A stretch of DNA of 46,375 nt from Escherichia phage N15: the sequence record NC_001901.1; one strand, 5' to 3'. A program made the translations under genes and the position numbers. The notes beneath the pieces are model-generated. The model was not told the origin of the DNA, made no database searches, and saw only the letters and a list, made by a program, of their open reading frames with translations. Positions 28,967 to 38,477 of the stretch are shown piece by piece (the stretch's first letter is position 1; every line of letters starts with the position of its first letter).

Positions 28967-29296
28967 TTATTTGTCCTTTAAATAAGGCTGTAGAACTGCA
29001 AAATCGCTCTCGTTCACATGCTGTACGTAGATGCGTAGCAAATTGCCGTTCCATCCCTGTAATCCACCTTCTTTGGAAAGATCGTCCTTGACCTCACGAA
29101 GAACCTTATCCAATAGCCCTGCGGCACAAGAAATTGCCTGCTCTGGATCAGCAAATTCATATTGATTAATAGGTGATTGCCACACACCAAAAACAGGAAT
29201 CATCTTTTCGGCTAAACGCCTCTCCTGTTCTTTCTTAATCTCAAGTTGTAAGCGGACCAGCTCACCATCCATCATTTTTTGTAGATCATGCGCCAC
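28967..29296 (-). CDS. hypothetical protein
   Basis: Tightly packed with neighbours; RBS-like GGGGGTGA. Confidence 0.5.
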   Translation of the reverse strand: MAHDLQKMMDGELVRLQLEIKKEQERRLAEKMIPVFGVWQSPINQYEFADPEQAISCAAGLLDKVLREVKDDLSKEGGLQGWNGNLLRIYVQHVNESDFAVLQPYLKDK

Positions 29297-29299
29297 TAT

Positions 29300-29629
29300 T
29301 CACCCCCACTGGCCATCAGCAAATAAAGCTTCATACTCGGACACCGGCAGGCGGCTTCCACGGATTGAAAGGTCAAGCCAACCACGTCCAGATGGGTCAG
29401 CCTTATCCGATTCTTCCCACCGTTCTGCAGCTGTAGCAACCAGGCATTCTACCGCCTTCATGTAGTCTTCTGTACGGAACCAGCCGTAGTTAATGCCACC
29501 ATCAGTAACTGCCCAGGCCATCTTTTTCTCTTCGGCCTCAATAGCCCGGATGCGGTTATCGCACAGCTCGCGACAGTACTTCAGCTGTTCGTAATCCAGT
29601 TGCTTCAGGAACTCTGGTGTCGACGTCAT
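29300..29629 (-). CDS. hypothetical protein
   Basis: Tightly packed, AAGGTGA upstream. Confidence 0.5.
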   Translation of the reverse strand: MTSTPEFLKQLDYEQLKYCRELCDNRIRAIEAEEKKMAWAVTDGGINYGWFRTEDYMKAVECLVATAAERWEESDKADPSGRGWLDLSIRGSRLPVSEYEALFADGQWG

Positions 29630-29874
29630 AGTGGCTTCACCTTATAGGCTTTTAGAAGCGCCCTGGCTTCGTCTGTGTGGTCTTCCATGCTCTTATCGCT
29701 GGCAATGCAGCAATAAACTCCCTCACTATCTGAGAACCCGTTCATCCGAATGATCGTGAATGGAAGTTCCCGGCCAGTTTTATAATCGCTATAGCTTGTC
29801 GCGTCGTGGCTGACCTTGACCACATAAGGGTCGTAGCCCTCCACGATGACAAGGCATTCCCGTTGTTTTCCCAT
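29626..29874 (-). CDS. hypothetical protein (82 aa) immediately downstream of repA
   Basis: GGAGGGG RBS; ATG 11 nt after repA stop. Confidence 0.5.
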   Translation of the reverse strand: MGKQRECLVIVEGYDPYVVKVSHDATSYSDYKTGRELPFTIIRMNGFSDSEGVYCCIASDKSMEDHTDEARALLKAYKVKPL

Positions 29875-29885
29875 TACCCCTCCGG

Positions 29886-32800
29886 TTATATCGCCACGGC
29901 TTGCCGCTGGCTTAGAAACGCTTTCAGCAGCCTTATTTCGCGTACTGATAGCAGGTCCATAAATTCGGTCATGTACAGCGAGGCGAACGTTCTCGCGATG
30001 CTGGCCACTGGCCACAGGCGTACCGCCTCCATTTCGGTTGCTGGCAACGCGTTCTCCGCCCACGCCTCCGGTACCGCCACCGGGATAGCCTCCAGTGCCT
30101 GGATAATTACTGATTGTGGGGCGTCCGGAACGTGCTCTGTTTTGGATCGAGGGTTACCATGTATATCTATATTTAGATCCAAATCGCGATCCACTTCGAT
30201 GGTGGTTTTTTCCACCTTACGTGCGTGAATTGATAAACCGGCCTCGCGGCGCTTCTCCACGATATTCATGAGGAACTCGACCGAGTCCGGGTCAATGGAA
30301 CGCATCGTGGGGCGTGCATCGCCGTCTCTGGCGCGTCTGGTCTTACTGGATAGCCCCATAGACTCCAGGATGCCTATGCAGAGGTCTGCAGGCGCTTTCT
30401 TCTTGCCTTTCTCTGTGTTGAAGCCGCCGATGCGTAAAACGTTGTTTAGCAGATCGCGCCGTTCCGGCGTGAGCAGGTTATCTCTGGCGCGTTTGAGGGC
30501 GTCCATGTCTGCTTCACCTTCCAGGGTTTTTGGATCGATACCGCAGTCGCGGAAGTACTGCTGCAGCGTCGCCGATTTGAGGGTGTAGAAACCACGCATG
30601 CCTATCTCAACAGCAGGGGTCGATTTCACTCGGTAATCGGTTATGGCCGGGAATTTAGCCTGGAACTCTGCGTCGGCCTGTTCCCGCGTCATGGCCGTAG
30701 TGACGAACTGCTGCCATCTTCCGGCAACGCGATAAGCGTAGGTAAAGTGAATCAACGCTTCTTCACGGTCAAGGCGACGGGCGGTTATCTCATCCAGCTG
30801 CATGGTTTCAAACAGGCGCACTTTTTTCAGGCCGCCGTCGAAATAGAATTTTAACGCCACCTCGTCGACATCCAGCTGCAGCTCCTTTTCGATGTCCCAG
30901 CGGACCAGCTGGGCCTGCTCATCCAGGGACAGGGTGCGTTTTTTTATCAACTCATCGTGTTCGGCCTGGTCAGGAGTATCGACACTCAGGTGGCGCTCCA
31001 TAAGCTGCTCAAAGACCAGTTCACGGGCTTCTTTACGTAAATCCTTACCGATGCTGTTTGCAAGCGCGTCGGTGGCCATAGGCGCGACCTGATAGCCATC
31101 ATCATGCATGATGCAAATCATGTTGCTGGCATAATCATTTCTGGCCGATGCCTCGAGCGCGGCGGCTTTAATTTTGAGCTGCATGAATGAAGAGTTAGCC
31201 ACGCCGAGTGAAATTCGGTCACCGTCAAAGACAACGTCTGTCAGCAGCCCGGAGTGGCCAGCCGTTTCGAGCAAGGCCTGCGCGTAGGCGCGTTTGATTT
31301 TTTCCGGATCGGTTTCACGTTTACCGCGAAGCTTGTCGAAACCGATAATGTATTCCTGAGCTGTACGGTCGCGGCGCAGCATCTGGATGGCGTCGCTGGG
31401 GACCACTTCGCCGCAGAACATGCCGAAATGGCGGTGGAAGTGTTTCTCCTCAATCGATACACCTGAAGATATCGACGGGCTGTAGATGAGGCCGTCATAT
31501 TTTTTCACCATCACTTTAGGCTGGTTGGTGAAATCGTCGACTTCCTTCTCCTGTTTGTTTTTCTGGTTAACGCAGAGAAACTTTTTGTCAGGGAACTGTA
31601 GTCTCAGCTGCATGGTAACGTCTTCGGCGAACGTCGAACTGTCGGTGGCCAGCATGATTCGTTCGCCGCGTTGCACTGCAGCGATAACCTCGGTCATGAT
31701 CCGATTTTTCTCGGTATAAAATACGCGGATAGGCTTGTTGGTTTCGCGGTTGCGAACGTCGACCGGGAGTTCAATCACGTGAATTTGCAGCCAGGCAGGT
31801 AGGCCCAGCTCCTCGCGTCGCTTCATCGCCAGTTCAGCCAGGTCAACAAGCAGATCGTTGGCATCGGCATCCACCATAATGGCATGCTCTTCAGTACGCG
31901 CCAGCGCGTCGATAAGCGTGTTGAATACGCCTACCGGGTTTTCCATCGCACGCCCGGCCAGAATGGCACGCAGGCCCTGTGTTGCTTCATCGAAGCCGAA
32001 GAAGTCATGCTGGCGCATCAGCGGTTGCCAGCAGCCTTTAAGTATGGAGTTGATGCAAATAGTCAGCTTGTTGGCATATGGCGCCATTTCCTGATAGCCG
32101 GGATCCTGATAATGCAGAATGTCGGCTTTCGCGCCTTTCCCTTCGGTCATCATTTCATGCAGGCCGCCTATCAGGGATACGCGGTGCGCGACGGAAACGC
32201 CACGCGTGGACTGCAGCATCAGTGGACGCAGGAGGCCTGTCGATTTACCCGACCCCATCCCGGCGCGGACAATAACGATGCCCTGCAGCTGTGCGGCGTA
32301 TGTCATCACCTCATCGGTCATCCTGGAGGTTTCAAACCGTTTGTAAGTGATGTGTGACGGGCGAAGGTTCGGGTTGGTGATGCGTTCACTGAACGAACGT
32401 GATGTTTGCGCGGCACGGCATTTGCGATTCAACCGGCGCGTAATGTGATCTTTAACGGTACCGTTATAAATTTCTGCGATACCCATATCCCGCAGCGTGC
32501 TGCTGAAAAGGCGCATAAGTTCTTTCGGGCTGTTTGGTACCGGGCATGTCAGCATGCCAATATCAACGGCGCGAAGCAGTTCTTTGGCAAAAGTGCGTCT
32601 GTTCAGACGCGGGAGAGTACGCAGCTTATTCAGCGTGATCGACAACAGGTCGGTTGCACGGCTCAGATGATTTCTCGTTAACTGGCGAGCGACTTCCTTC
32701 AGCCCTCTCAGGCTGTGCAGGTCGTTAAAATCGCTGCATTCCAGCTCAGGGTCATCCTCAAAAGTTGGGTAAACACATTTGACGCCGGAAAACTTCTCCA

Positions 32801-33860
32801 TGATGTCGAATCCGGTGCGGAGGCCTGTGTTGCCTTTTCCTTCAGCTGAGGATTTGCGGTCGTTATCGAGAGCGCAAGTGATTTGCGCAGCCGGGTACAT
32901 GTTCACCAGCTGCTCGACAACGTGAATCATGTTGTTAGCGGAAACCGCAATGACTACCGCGTCAAAGCGTTTTTTCGGGTCGTTTCTGGTCGCCAGCCAG
33001 ATGGATGCCCCGGTGGCGAAACCCTCTGCAGTCGCAATTTTTTGCGCCCCCTGCAGGTCGCCAATAACAAAGCATGCACCGACGAAATCACCGTTAGTGA
33101 TGGCGCTGGTCTGGAACTTGCCACCATTCAGATCGATACGTTGCCAGCCAACAATCCGCCCGTCTTTTCTTCCGTCCAGGTGGGACAGAGGTATCGCCAT
33201 GTAAGTTGTTGGTCCACGGCTCCATTTCGCACTGTCGTGACTGGTCACGCGACGTATATCACAAGCGCCAAATACGTCACGAATTCCCTTTTTTACCGCA
33301 TAAGGCCAGGAGCCATCTTCAGCTGGCGAATGTTCCCAGGCGCGATGGAAAGCCAACCATCCAAGCAGGCGTTCCTGCTCCATCTGATTGTTTTTTAAAT
33401 CATTAACGCGTTGTTGTTCAGCTCGGAGGCGGCGTGCTTCAGCCTGGCGCTCCATGCGTGCACGTTCTTCTTCCGGCTGAGCGACCACGGTCGCACCATT
33501 CCGTTGCTGTTCACGGCGATACTCCGAAAACAGGAATGAAAAGCCACTCCAGGAGCCAGCGTCATGCGCTTTTTCAACGAAGTTAACGAAAGGATAACTG
33601 ATGCCATCCTTGCTCTGCTCAAGGCGTGAATAGATTTCCACACGGCCTTTAAGGCTCTTCTGCAGAGCTTCCGGGGAGGAATTATTGTAGGTGGTATAGC
33701 GCTCTACACCACCGCGCGGATTGAGCTGAATCTTATCAGCACACGCAGGCCAGTTGATACCGGCCATCTTCGCCAGCTCAGTCAGCTCATCACGTGCCGC
33801 GTCAAGCAGTGAAAACGGATCGCTGCCAAAGCGCTCCGCGTAGAATTCTTGTAAGGTCAT
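29886..33860 (-). CDS. repA: replication protein RepA, multidomain primase-helicase
   Basis: 1324 aa; Walker A GMGSGKST; size and position (downstream of cB) as N15 RepA. Confidence 0.9.
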   Translation of the reverse strand: MTLQEFYAERFGSDPFSLLDAARDELTELAKMAGINWPACADKIQLNPRGGVERYTTYNNSSPEALQKSLKGRVEIYSRLEQSKDGISYPFVNFVEKAHDAGSWSGFSFLFSEYRREQQRNGATVVAQPEEERARMERQAEARRLRAEQQRVNDLKNNQMEQERLLGWLAFHRAWEHSPAEDGSWPYAVKKGIRDVFGACDIRRVTSHDSAKWSRGPTTYMAIPLSHLDGRKDGRIVGWQRIDLNGGKFQTSAITNGDFVGACFVIGDLQGAQKIATAEGFATGASIWLATRNDPKKRFDAVVIAVSANNMIHVVEQLVNMYPAAQITCALDNDRKSSAEGKGNTGLRTGFDIMEKFSGVKCVYPTFEDDPELECSDFNDLHSLRGLKEVARQLTRNHLSRATDLLSITLNKLRTLPRLNRRTFAKELLRAVDIGMLTCPVPNSPKELMRLFSSTLRDMGIAEIYNGTVKDHITRRLNRKCRAAQTSRSFSERITNPNLRPSHITYKRFETSRMTDEVMTYAAQLQGIVIVRAGMGSGKSTGLLRPLMLQSTRGVSVAHRVSLIGGLHEMMTEGKGAKADILHYQDPGYQEMAPYANKLTICINSILKGCWQPLMRQHDFFGFDEATQGLRAILAGRAMENPVGVFNTLIDALARTEEHAIMVDADANDLLVDLAELAMKRREELGLPAWLQIHVIELPVDVRNRETNKPIRVFYTEKNRIMTEVIAAVQRGERIMLATDSSTFAEDVTMQLRLQFPDKKFLCVNQKNKQEKEVDDFTNQPKVMVKKYDGLIYSPSISSGVSIEEKHFHRHFGMFCGEVVPSDAIQMLRRDRTAQEYIIGFDKLRGKRETDPEKIKRAYAQALLETAGHSGLLTDVVFDGDRISLGVANSSFMQLKIKAAALEASARNDYASNMICIMHDDGYQVAPMATDALANSIGKDLRKEARELVFEQLMERHLSVDTPDQAEHDELIKKRTLSLDEQAQLVRWDIEKELQLDVDEVALKFYFDGGLKKVRLFETMQLDEITARRLDREEALIHFTYAYRVAGRWQQFVTTAMTREQADAEFQAKFPAITDYRVKSTPAVEIGMRGFYTLKSATLQQYFRDCGIDPKTLEGEADMDALKRARDNLLTPERRDLLNNVLRIGGFNTEKGKKKAPADLCIGILESMGLSSKTRRARDGDARPTMRSIDPDSVEFLMNIVEKRREAGLSIHARKVEKTTIEVDRDLDLNIDIHGNPRSKTEHVPDAPQSVIIQALEAIPVAVPEAWAENALPATEMEAVRLWPVASIARTFASLYMTEFMDLLSVREIRLLKAFLSQRQAVAI

Positions 33861-33975
33861 TTTTTAGCCTTTCCATGCGAATTAGCATTTTTTCGGGTTG
33901 AAAAAATCCGCAGGAGCAGCCACAATAAACGCACTATCTTTCTGAAGGACGTATCTGCGTTATCGTGGCTACTTC

Positions 33976-34013
33976 CTGAAAAAGGCCCGAGTTTGCCGAC
34001 TCGGGTTTTTTTT
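33976..34013. terminator. bidirectional terminator between cB and repA
   Basis: cccgagtttgccgactcggg hairpin flanked by A- and T-runs. Confidence 0.65.
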
Positions 34014-34078
34014 CGTCTTTTTTCGGCTGCTACGGTCTGGTTCAACCCCGACAAAGTATAGATCGGATTAAACCAGAA

Positions 34079-34094
34079 TTATAGTCAGCAATAA
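34079..34094. promoter_or_regulatory. palindromic site TTATAGTCAGCAATAA upstream of repA (operator candidate)
   Basis: Same TTAT(A/T)-N6-(T/A)ATAA architecture as the two sites in the cB-cro intergenic region. Confidence 0.4.
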
Positions 34095-34108
34095 ACCCTG
34101 TTATTGTA

Positions 34109-34717
34109 TCATCTACCCTCAACCATGAACGATTTGATCGTACCGACTACTTGGTGCACAAATTGAAGATCACTTTTATCATGGATAACCCGTTGAGAGT
34201 TAGCACTATCAAGGTAGTAATGCTGCTCGTCATAACGGGCTAATCGTTGAATTGTGATCTCGCCGTTATTATCACAAACCAGTACATCCTCACCCGGTAC
34301 AAGCGTAAGTGAAGAATCGACCAGGATAACGTCTCCCGGCTGGTAGTTTCGCTGAATCTGGTTCCCGACCGTCAGTGCGTAAACGGTGTTCCGTTGACTC
34401 ACGAACGGCAGGAATCGCTCTGTGTTGGCAGGTTCTCCAGGCTGCCAGTCTCTATCCGGTCCGGTCTCTGTCGTACCAATAACAGGAACGCGGTCTGGAT
34501 CAGATTCAGTGCCATACAGTATCCATTGCACGGGCTTACGCAGGCATTTTGCCAGCGATAGCCCGATCTCCAGCGACGGCATCACGTCGCCACGTTCTAA
34601 GTTTTGGACGCCCGGAAGAGAGATTCCTACAGCTTCTGCCACTTGCTTCAGCGTCAGTTTCAGCTCTAAACGGCGTGCTTTCAGTCGTTCGCCTCGTGTT
34701 TTCATACCCTTAATCAT
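34109..34717 (-). CDS. cB: CI-like prophage repressor (N-terminal HTH, C-terminal S24-like fold with catalytic dyad substituted)
   Basis: LTLKQVAEAVGISLPGVQNLERG HTH; C-terminal ..VGNQIQ..PGDVILVD...EITIQRL aligns to lambda CI/LexA but Ser and Lys are replaced. Confidence 0.85.
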   Translation of the reverse strand: MIKGMKTRGERLKARRLELKLTLKQVAEAVGISLPGVQNLERGDVMPSLEIGLSLAKCLRKPVQWILYGTESDPDRVPVIGTTETGPDRDWQPGEPANTERFLPFVSQRNTVYALTVGNQIQRNYQPGDVILVDSSLTLVPGEDVLVCDNNGEITIQRLARYDEQHYYLDSANSQRVIHDKSDLQFVHQVVGTIKSFMVEGR

Positions 34718-34728
34718 AAATGATCTCT

Positions 34729-34744
34729 TTATAGCTGGCTATAA
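34729..34744. promoter_or_regulatory. operator-like palindrome TTATAGCTGGCTATAA in cB-cro intergenic region
   Basis: 7-bp inverted arms read directly; between divergent cB and cro. Confidence 0.55.
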
Positions 34745-34777
34745 TTTTTATAAATTATACCTAGCTTTAATTTTCAC

Positions 34778-34793
34778 TTATTGATTATAATAA
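34778..34793. promoter_or_regulatory. operator-like palindrome TTATTGATTATAATAA just upstream of cro
   Basis: 5-bp inverted arms; same architecture as 34729 site. Confidence 0.45.
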
Positions 34794-34798
34794 TCCCC

Positions 34799-35014
34799 AT
34801 GAAACCCGAAGAACTTGTGCGCCATTTCGGCGATGTGGAAAAAGCAGCGGTTGGCGTGGGCGTGACACCCGGCGCAGTCTATCAATGGCTGCAAGCTGGG
34901 GAGATTCCACCTCTACGACAAAGCGATATAGAGGTCCGTACCGCGTACAAATTAAAGAGTGATTTCACCTCTCAGCGCATGGGTAAGGAAGGGCATAACA
35001 GTGGAACTAAATAG
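34799..35014 (+). CDS. cro: Cro-like repressor
   Basis: 71 aa, divergent from cB, HTH GVTPGAVYQWLQAG. Confidence 0.75.
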   Translation: MKPEELVRHFGDVEKAAVGVGVTPGAVYQWLQAGEIPPLRQSDIEVRTAYKLKSDFTSQRMGKEGHNSGTK

Positions 35015-35747
35015 CATTCGGGCCTGTGTATCTACGGCTCTGTCAGATATTCATTATCTCCAGCGCGGCATCCTTGAGGTCCAGCTGGAGCAGCTGCGTC
35101 TCGCAAGCTCTGACCGTTTCACTGACAAACCAACCAGAACGATCTGCATCGGCGATACGGAATCTTATGAAATCTCTGTGCCTGCCGAACCCGTTCGTTA
35201 TCACGTTGGTAAATCCTTCAAACGGTCTTCAATGCTGCTGACTGAATTAGATTTCATGACCGCCAGCTGGCGACGTGCCATTGAGCAGTTAAACAGTGAA
35301 GAAACTGCATGGTTGCATTATTGCTATGGATGCAAACCAAATTATAAGAATGATGTAACTGTTTGCCAGTGGCTGTGGATGGATTTTTTAATTGCGCATT
35401 CCAGAGCGGGCTTTAAAAAAATGAAAGCCCCAACAAAAAAAATTATGCAGAGATTAACTTACTACGGAATACAGCAAGTTAAATGTGAAATATTTCACGA
35501 ACTGCATGATTCGGATATTGATGGAATGGAGCGAGACGAACACATAAGTTCTTTAGTGGGTGTATCCGTCGAAAGCTGGCGTAAGGATTATAAAAAACGC
35601 TGGTTATTACTGAAATCACGATGCATGCATCTTAACGATACCGCGTTATTAAATGCGGCGGAGAAGCGCTGTGAAATCATCGAAAGCCATCGTGCAAGAA
35701 GTGCCGACCTGCCTGTGTCAGCAGGTTATGCTCAGGAAACCAGATAA
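35001..35747 (+). CDS. putative late-gene antiterminator (Q-like by position); start uncertain (GTG 35001 with AAGGAAGGG RBS, or ATG 34959)
   Basis: Position immediately after cro as in lambdoid phages; Cys cluster CYGC...C; no motif-level confirmation possible. Confidence 0.4.
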   Translation: MELNSIRACVSTALSDIHYLQRGILEVQLEQLRLASSDRFTDKPTRTICIGDTESYEISVPAEPVRYHVGKSFKRSSMLLTELDFMTASWRRAIEQLNSEETAWLHYCYGCKPNYKNDVTVCQWLWMDFLIAHSRAGFKKMKAPTKKIMQRLTYYGIQQVKCEIFHELHDSDIDGMERDEHISSLVGVSVESWRKDYKKRWLLLKSRCMHLNDTALLNAAEKRCEIIESHRARSADLPVSAGYAQETR

Positions 35748-35973
35748 GCCTGTACTCCGGTACTCTGGCCTCCGTAACGAGTACATCATCTGGTGCCCGA
35801 CATGCGGCTATCGGACTCTTCCTGACAGTAACAGGCAATCCGTAATTACTGAATGGTATTTATCAAATCAACCAGGCAACAAGCATATAGAAAATATCTG
35901 GCTCAAACGTTATCTGGAAATCAAAGAGGGTGCGACCTCGGTCGCACGAGATAATGAAGAATACTCCATTTAA
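35719..35973 (+). CDS. possible small protein with CPTC motif; contains centromere-like palindrome in its 3' end
   Basis: 85-aa ORF, weak RBS; coding status uncertain. Confidence 0.25.
   Translation, partial: QQVMLRKPDKPVLRYSGLRNEYIIWCPTCGYRTLPDSNRQSVITEWYLSNQPGNKHIENIWLKRYLEIKEGATSVARDNEEYSI
35930..35947. repeat. centromere-like palindrome GTGCGACCTCGGTCGCAC (SopB-binding site candidate)
   Basis: One of three copies of GTGCGACC-NN-GGTCGCAC in the window. Confidence 0.7.
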
Positions 35974-36157
35974 GCAAGGCCCCATGTCGCGCACTGATGC
36001 GGAAAATATTTCTGACCTTTATAAGAAAAAAGGTCATGAAGTAGTTATCGCAGAATCCATGAATTTAGATGGAACTTATTATGTTTACGTTACGCTACCT
36101 GAATTAAAGCAAGAGCCTAAGCCATCCAAAACCTTTCAACAAAGAATATGGGAGTAA
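35954..36157 (+). CDS. hypothetical small protein (alternative start 35984)
   Basis: ORF with AAGG RBS before 35984. Confidence 0.35.
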   Translation: MKNTPFKQGPMSRTDAENISDLYKKKGHEVVIAESMNLDGTYYVYVTLPELKQEPKPSKTFQQRIWE

Positions 36158-36159
36158 CA

Positions 36160-37074
36160 ATGGTAAATATCCAAAAAACGATTTTAGCGATGATTATGCA
36201 TAAATGGCTTAAGAGCGATTATGTTGTCATTGACACGGAAACAACAGGGCTGGGCGAATATGCTGAGATTATCGAAATTGCGATCATCAATATGCGCGGA
36301 GAAGTTTTGCTGGACACTTTGGTTAAACCGACCAAACCGATCCCTCCTGAAGTAACCGAAATAAACCACATCACAAACGAAATGGTCGCCAGTGCACCAG
36401 CGTGGTGTGATGTGTTCCCGAAGGTGCTGGCGATCATCAGTAAACACAAATGGCTGGCCTGGAATTCTGGTTTCGATGCTCGCATGCTGGAACAGACCTG
36501 CTTGAACACGATTTTTTTAAATAAAAATGCTTATTACGTGACCGCAATGGTTTCCCGTATTCACACGAGCCATATTGACGCTAAAGCAGTCTACGACACG
36601 TGGTACGGAGAGTACGATGCGAAGCACCAGGCTTTCAAGCGCCAGAGCCTGACAATCGCAGCTGCCCGACACGGTGTATTGCTGGAAGGAGCACACCGCG
36701 CTCTGGCCGACTGCAAAATGGTTCTGGCCGTACTGCAAAAAGTCTGCGCTCCCGTTCCTCAGATTGAAAGCTCTGTCGAGAAAGACCTGCCACCCTGCCC
36801 GTTCTGTTATGGGCCACCATCGTTGTTCACCCATTACCTGAATGACAAAGGCTATTCCCCTTTATATCAGCCCGTGAATTATGGCGATGATGGCCTGTAC
36901 GTAGGTTCGTATGTCTTTTGCCATGAATGCGGCGCACAGGGTGAAGAAGTAGGAGGCCACGCCTACGAAGATTCAGATGTAGAGCAGCTCGAAGCAGCAG
37001 CCAGGAATGTCTGGTCCGATCGCAACGAACGCCACCGCGACCTGTATACAGCCTCTCGAAACGTCGAAGAGTAA
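36160..37074 (+). CDS. DnaQ-like (DEDDh) 3'-5' exonuclease with C-terminal Cys-rich zinc-ribbon-like domain
   Basis: VVIDTETTGL (Exo I), WNSGFDARML (Exo II), HRALADC (Exo III); C-terminal CPFC...CHEC; RBS GGAG. Confidence 0.7.
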   Translation: MVNIQKTILAMIMHKWLKSDYVVIDTETTGLGEYAEIIEIAIINMRGEVLLDTLVKPTKPIPPEVTEINHITNEMVASAPAWCDVFPKVLAIISKHKWLAWNSGFDARMLEQTCLNTIFLNKNAYYVTAMVSRIHTSHIDAKAVYDTWYGEYDAKHQAFKRQSLTIAAARHGVLLEGAHRALADCKMVLAVLQKVCAPVPQIESSVEKDLPPCPFCYGPPSLFTHYLNDKGYSPLYQPVNYGDDGLYVGSYVFCHECGAQGEEVGGHAYEDSDVEQLEAAARNVWSDRNERHRDLYTASRNVEE

Positions 37075-37079
37075 GATGA

Positions 37080-37580
37080 ATGAACAGACTCAATCAAATC
37101 GCACTGGTGACAGCCATCACCAAAGAACTTAACCGACAAATTCCCGATTTACCCGCAGATGGACGGATGAACATAGTCATCAAAGCAGCCAACGATATCT
37201 GTGCTGAGTATTCCCGTGAACTGGTTGCCGCTTCTGCAGGTATGGGGTTGGAAGCATGGTTGAATAGCGACGACACCGGCAGCAGCAGCCTCTATTTGGC
37301 ATGGTGCTTGAGTCACGGCCAGTTTGGTTACTGGCAGGGACGCAAGCAGCCAGAGGTGGCTTATCCCCATGACCCAGATGATCTTGGGCGCTGCATTCGC
37401 CTGATAGAGGCAGTGCCTGAGTTCGGCGGCAAGATACCAGAGATGTCTCACCGTGGGCATGAGTGGCTGGCGGTAACAACCAATTGGGAACGGTGGGTTG
37501 AACTTTACGCCTGCGGTAAGGCCCGTGAACTCTATAGAGAAATGAAGGCTGCATATTTAAGAGGTAGCAGCGATGAGTAA
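37080..37580 (+). CDS. hypothetical protein
   Basis: 166-aa ORF, tight packing. Confidence 0.5.
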   Translation: MNRLNQIALVTAITKELNRQIPDLPADGRMNIVIKAANDICAEYSRELVAASAGMGLEAWLNSDDTGSSSLYLAWCLSHGQFGYWQGRKQPEVAYPHDPDDLGRCIRLIEAVPEFGGKIPEMSHRGHEWLAVTTNWERWVELYACGKARELYREMKAAYLRGSSDE

Positions 37581-38166
37581 ATCCCCTAAAGAAATGTATG
37601 CGGTCCCTGAGTGGATGCGTCAGTTCCTGCCGTTGTTTCAAAACACAGGGGGTAATGACGTCGAGGAGCTGCTGCACGATGAAGACACCAACATGTTTGC
37701 CAATAGCGTTCGCTACATGTTTATCGTGTCAGCGCGTTCTCAGTTTGCCTTGCTGATGGATATGTATAGCAAAGGCATCATCACTGGCAGAACTGGCGCA
37801 GAAGAAAGTTCCGACACACTAACCGATGGTCAATTACTTTTTCGCTTGCAGGACTTCTATGGCGCAGGACAAGACGCCATTGAGATTAACGATCATGAAT
37901 ATGCTCAGGAATGTACTGACGTTGTAAGCATCATTCGCGAGGTCATTGAATCACGGAAAAAACTGAAAGACGCAGAGAAGCGGATTGCTGAACTGGGTCG
38001 CAAGCCGACATGGATTAACCATTGTGACAAGACGGTTCCAGCTGCACTGCGATATTTAGCCGAGAATCCGCGACCGATTGGTGGAAGCTCGACTTATAAC
38101 ACCGAACATCTTTATGACCTGGCGCGTGAAATAGAAGTTACTGCCGGTACCACGAAAGGAGAGTGA
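37573..38166 (+). CDS. hypothetical protein
   Basis: 197-aa ORF overlapping neighbours by a few nt. Confidence 0.5.
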   Translation: MSKSPKEMYAVPEWMRQFLPLFQNTGGNDVEELLHDEDTNMFANSVRYMFIVSARSQFALLMDMYSKGIITGRTGAEESSDTLTDGQLLFRLQDFYGAGQDAIEINDHEYAQECTDVVSIIREVIESRKKLKDAEKRIAELGRKPTWINHCDKTVPAALRYLAENPRPIGGSSTYNTEHLYDLAREIEVTAGTTKGE

Positions 38167-38477
38167 GCATGGCTAACTTGCTCGACTTACTCGGCATCGA
38201 ATCCCGGCGCTGTAGCATGACGCTTGTTGAGTACAAATATGACCCGAATGAGAGGGAGCGACTTTCAAAGTATCTCGTCAGGCATACATCCAGCGTTAGC
38301 AAAACAACCCTAGAGCAATACGTCACCGTTGAGCGCGACCGTTATGGAGCATTCAAGCCTGTTGTCGCATTGGACGATTTTCCCAGCGGACTAAGCGACA
38401 GGGAATCAATGTTGAAACTGGCGGACTGGCTGCATCGCCTTGGCGTAGCGATTGAAGATGAATGGAGTAACCCATGA
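38163..38477 (+). CDS. hypothetical protein
   Basis: RBS AAGGAGAG; overlapping start/stop. Confidence 0.55.
   Translation: MSMANLLDLLGIESRRCSMTLVEYKYDPNERERLSKYLVRHTSSVSKTTLEQYVTVERDRYGAFKPVVALDDFPSGLSDRESMLKLADWLHRLGVAIEDEWSNP

Noticed and set aside
32883-33398. 171-aa ORF on the + strand inside repA
   Set aside because: Antisense to repA; no RBS and no recognisable motifs.
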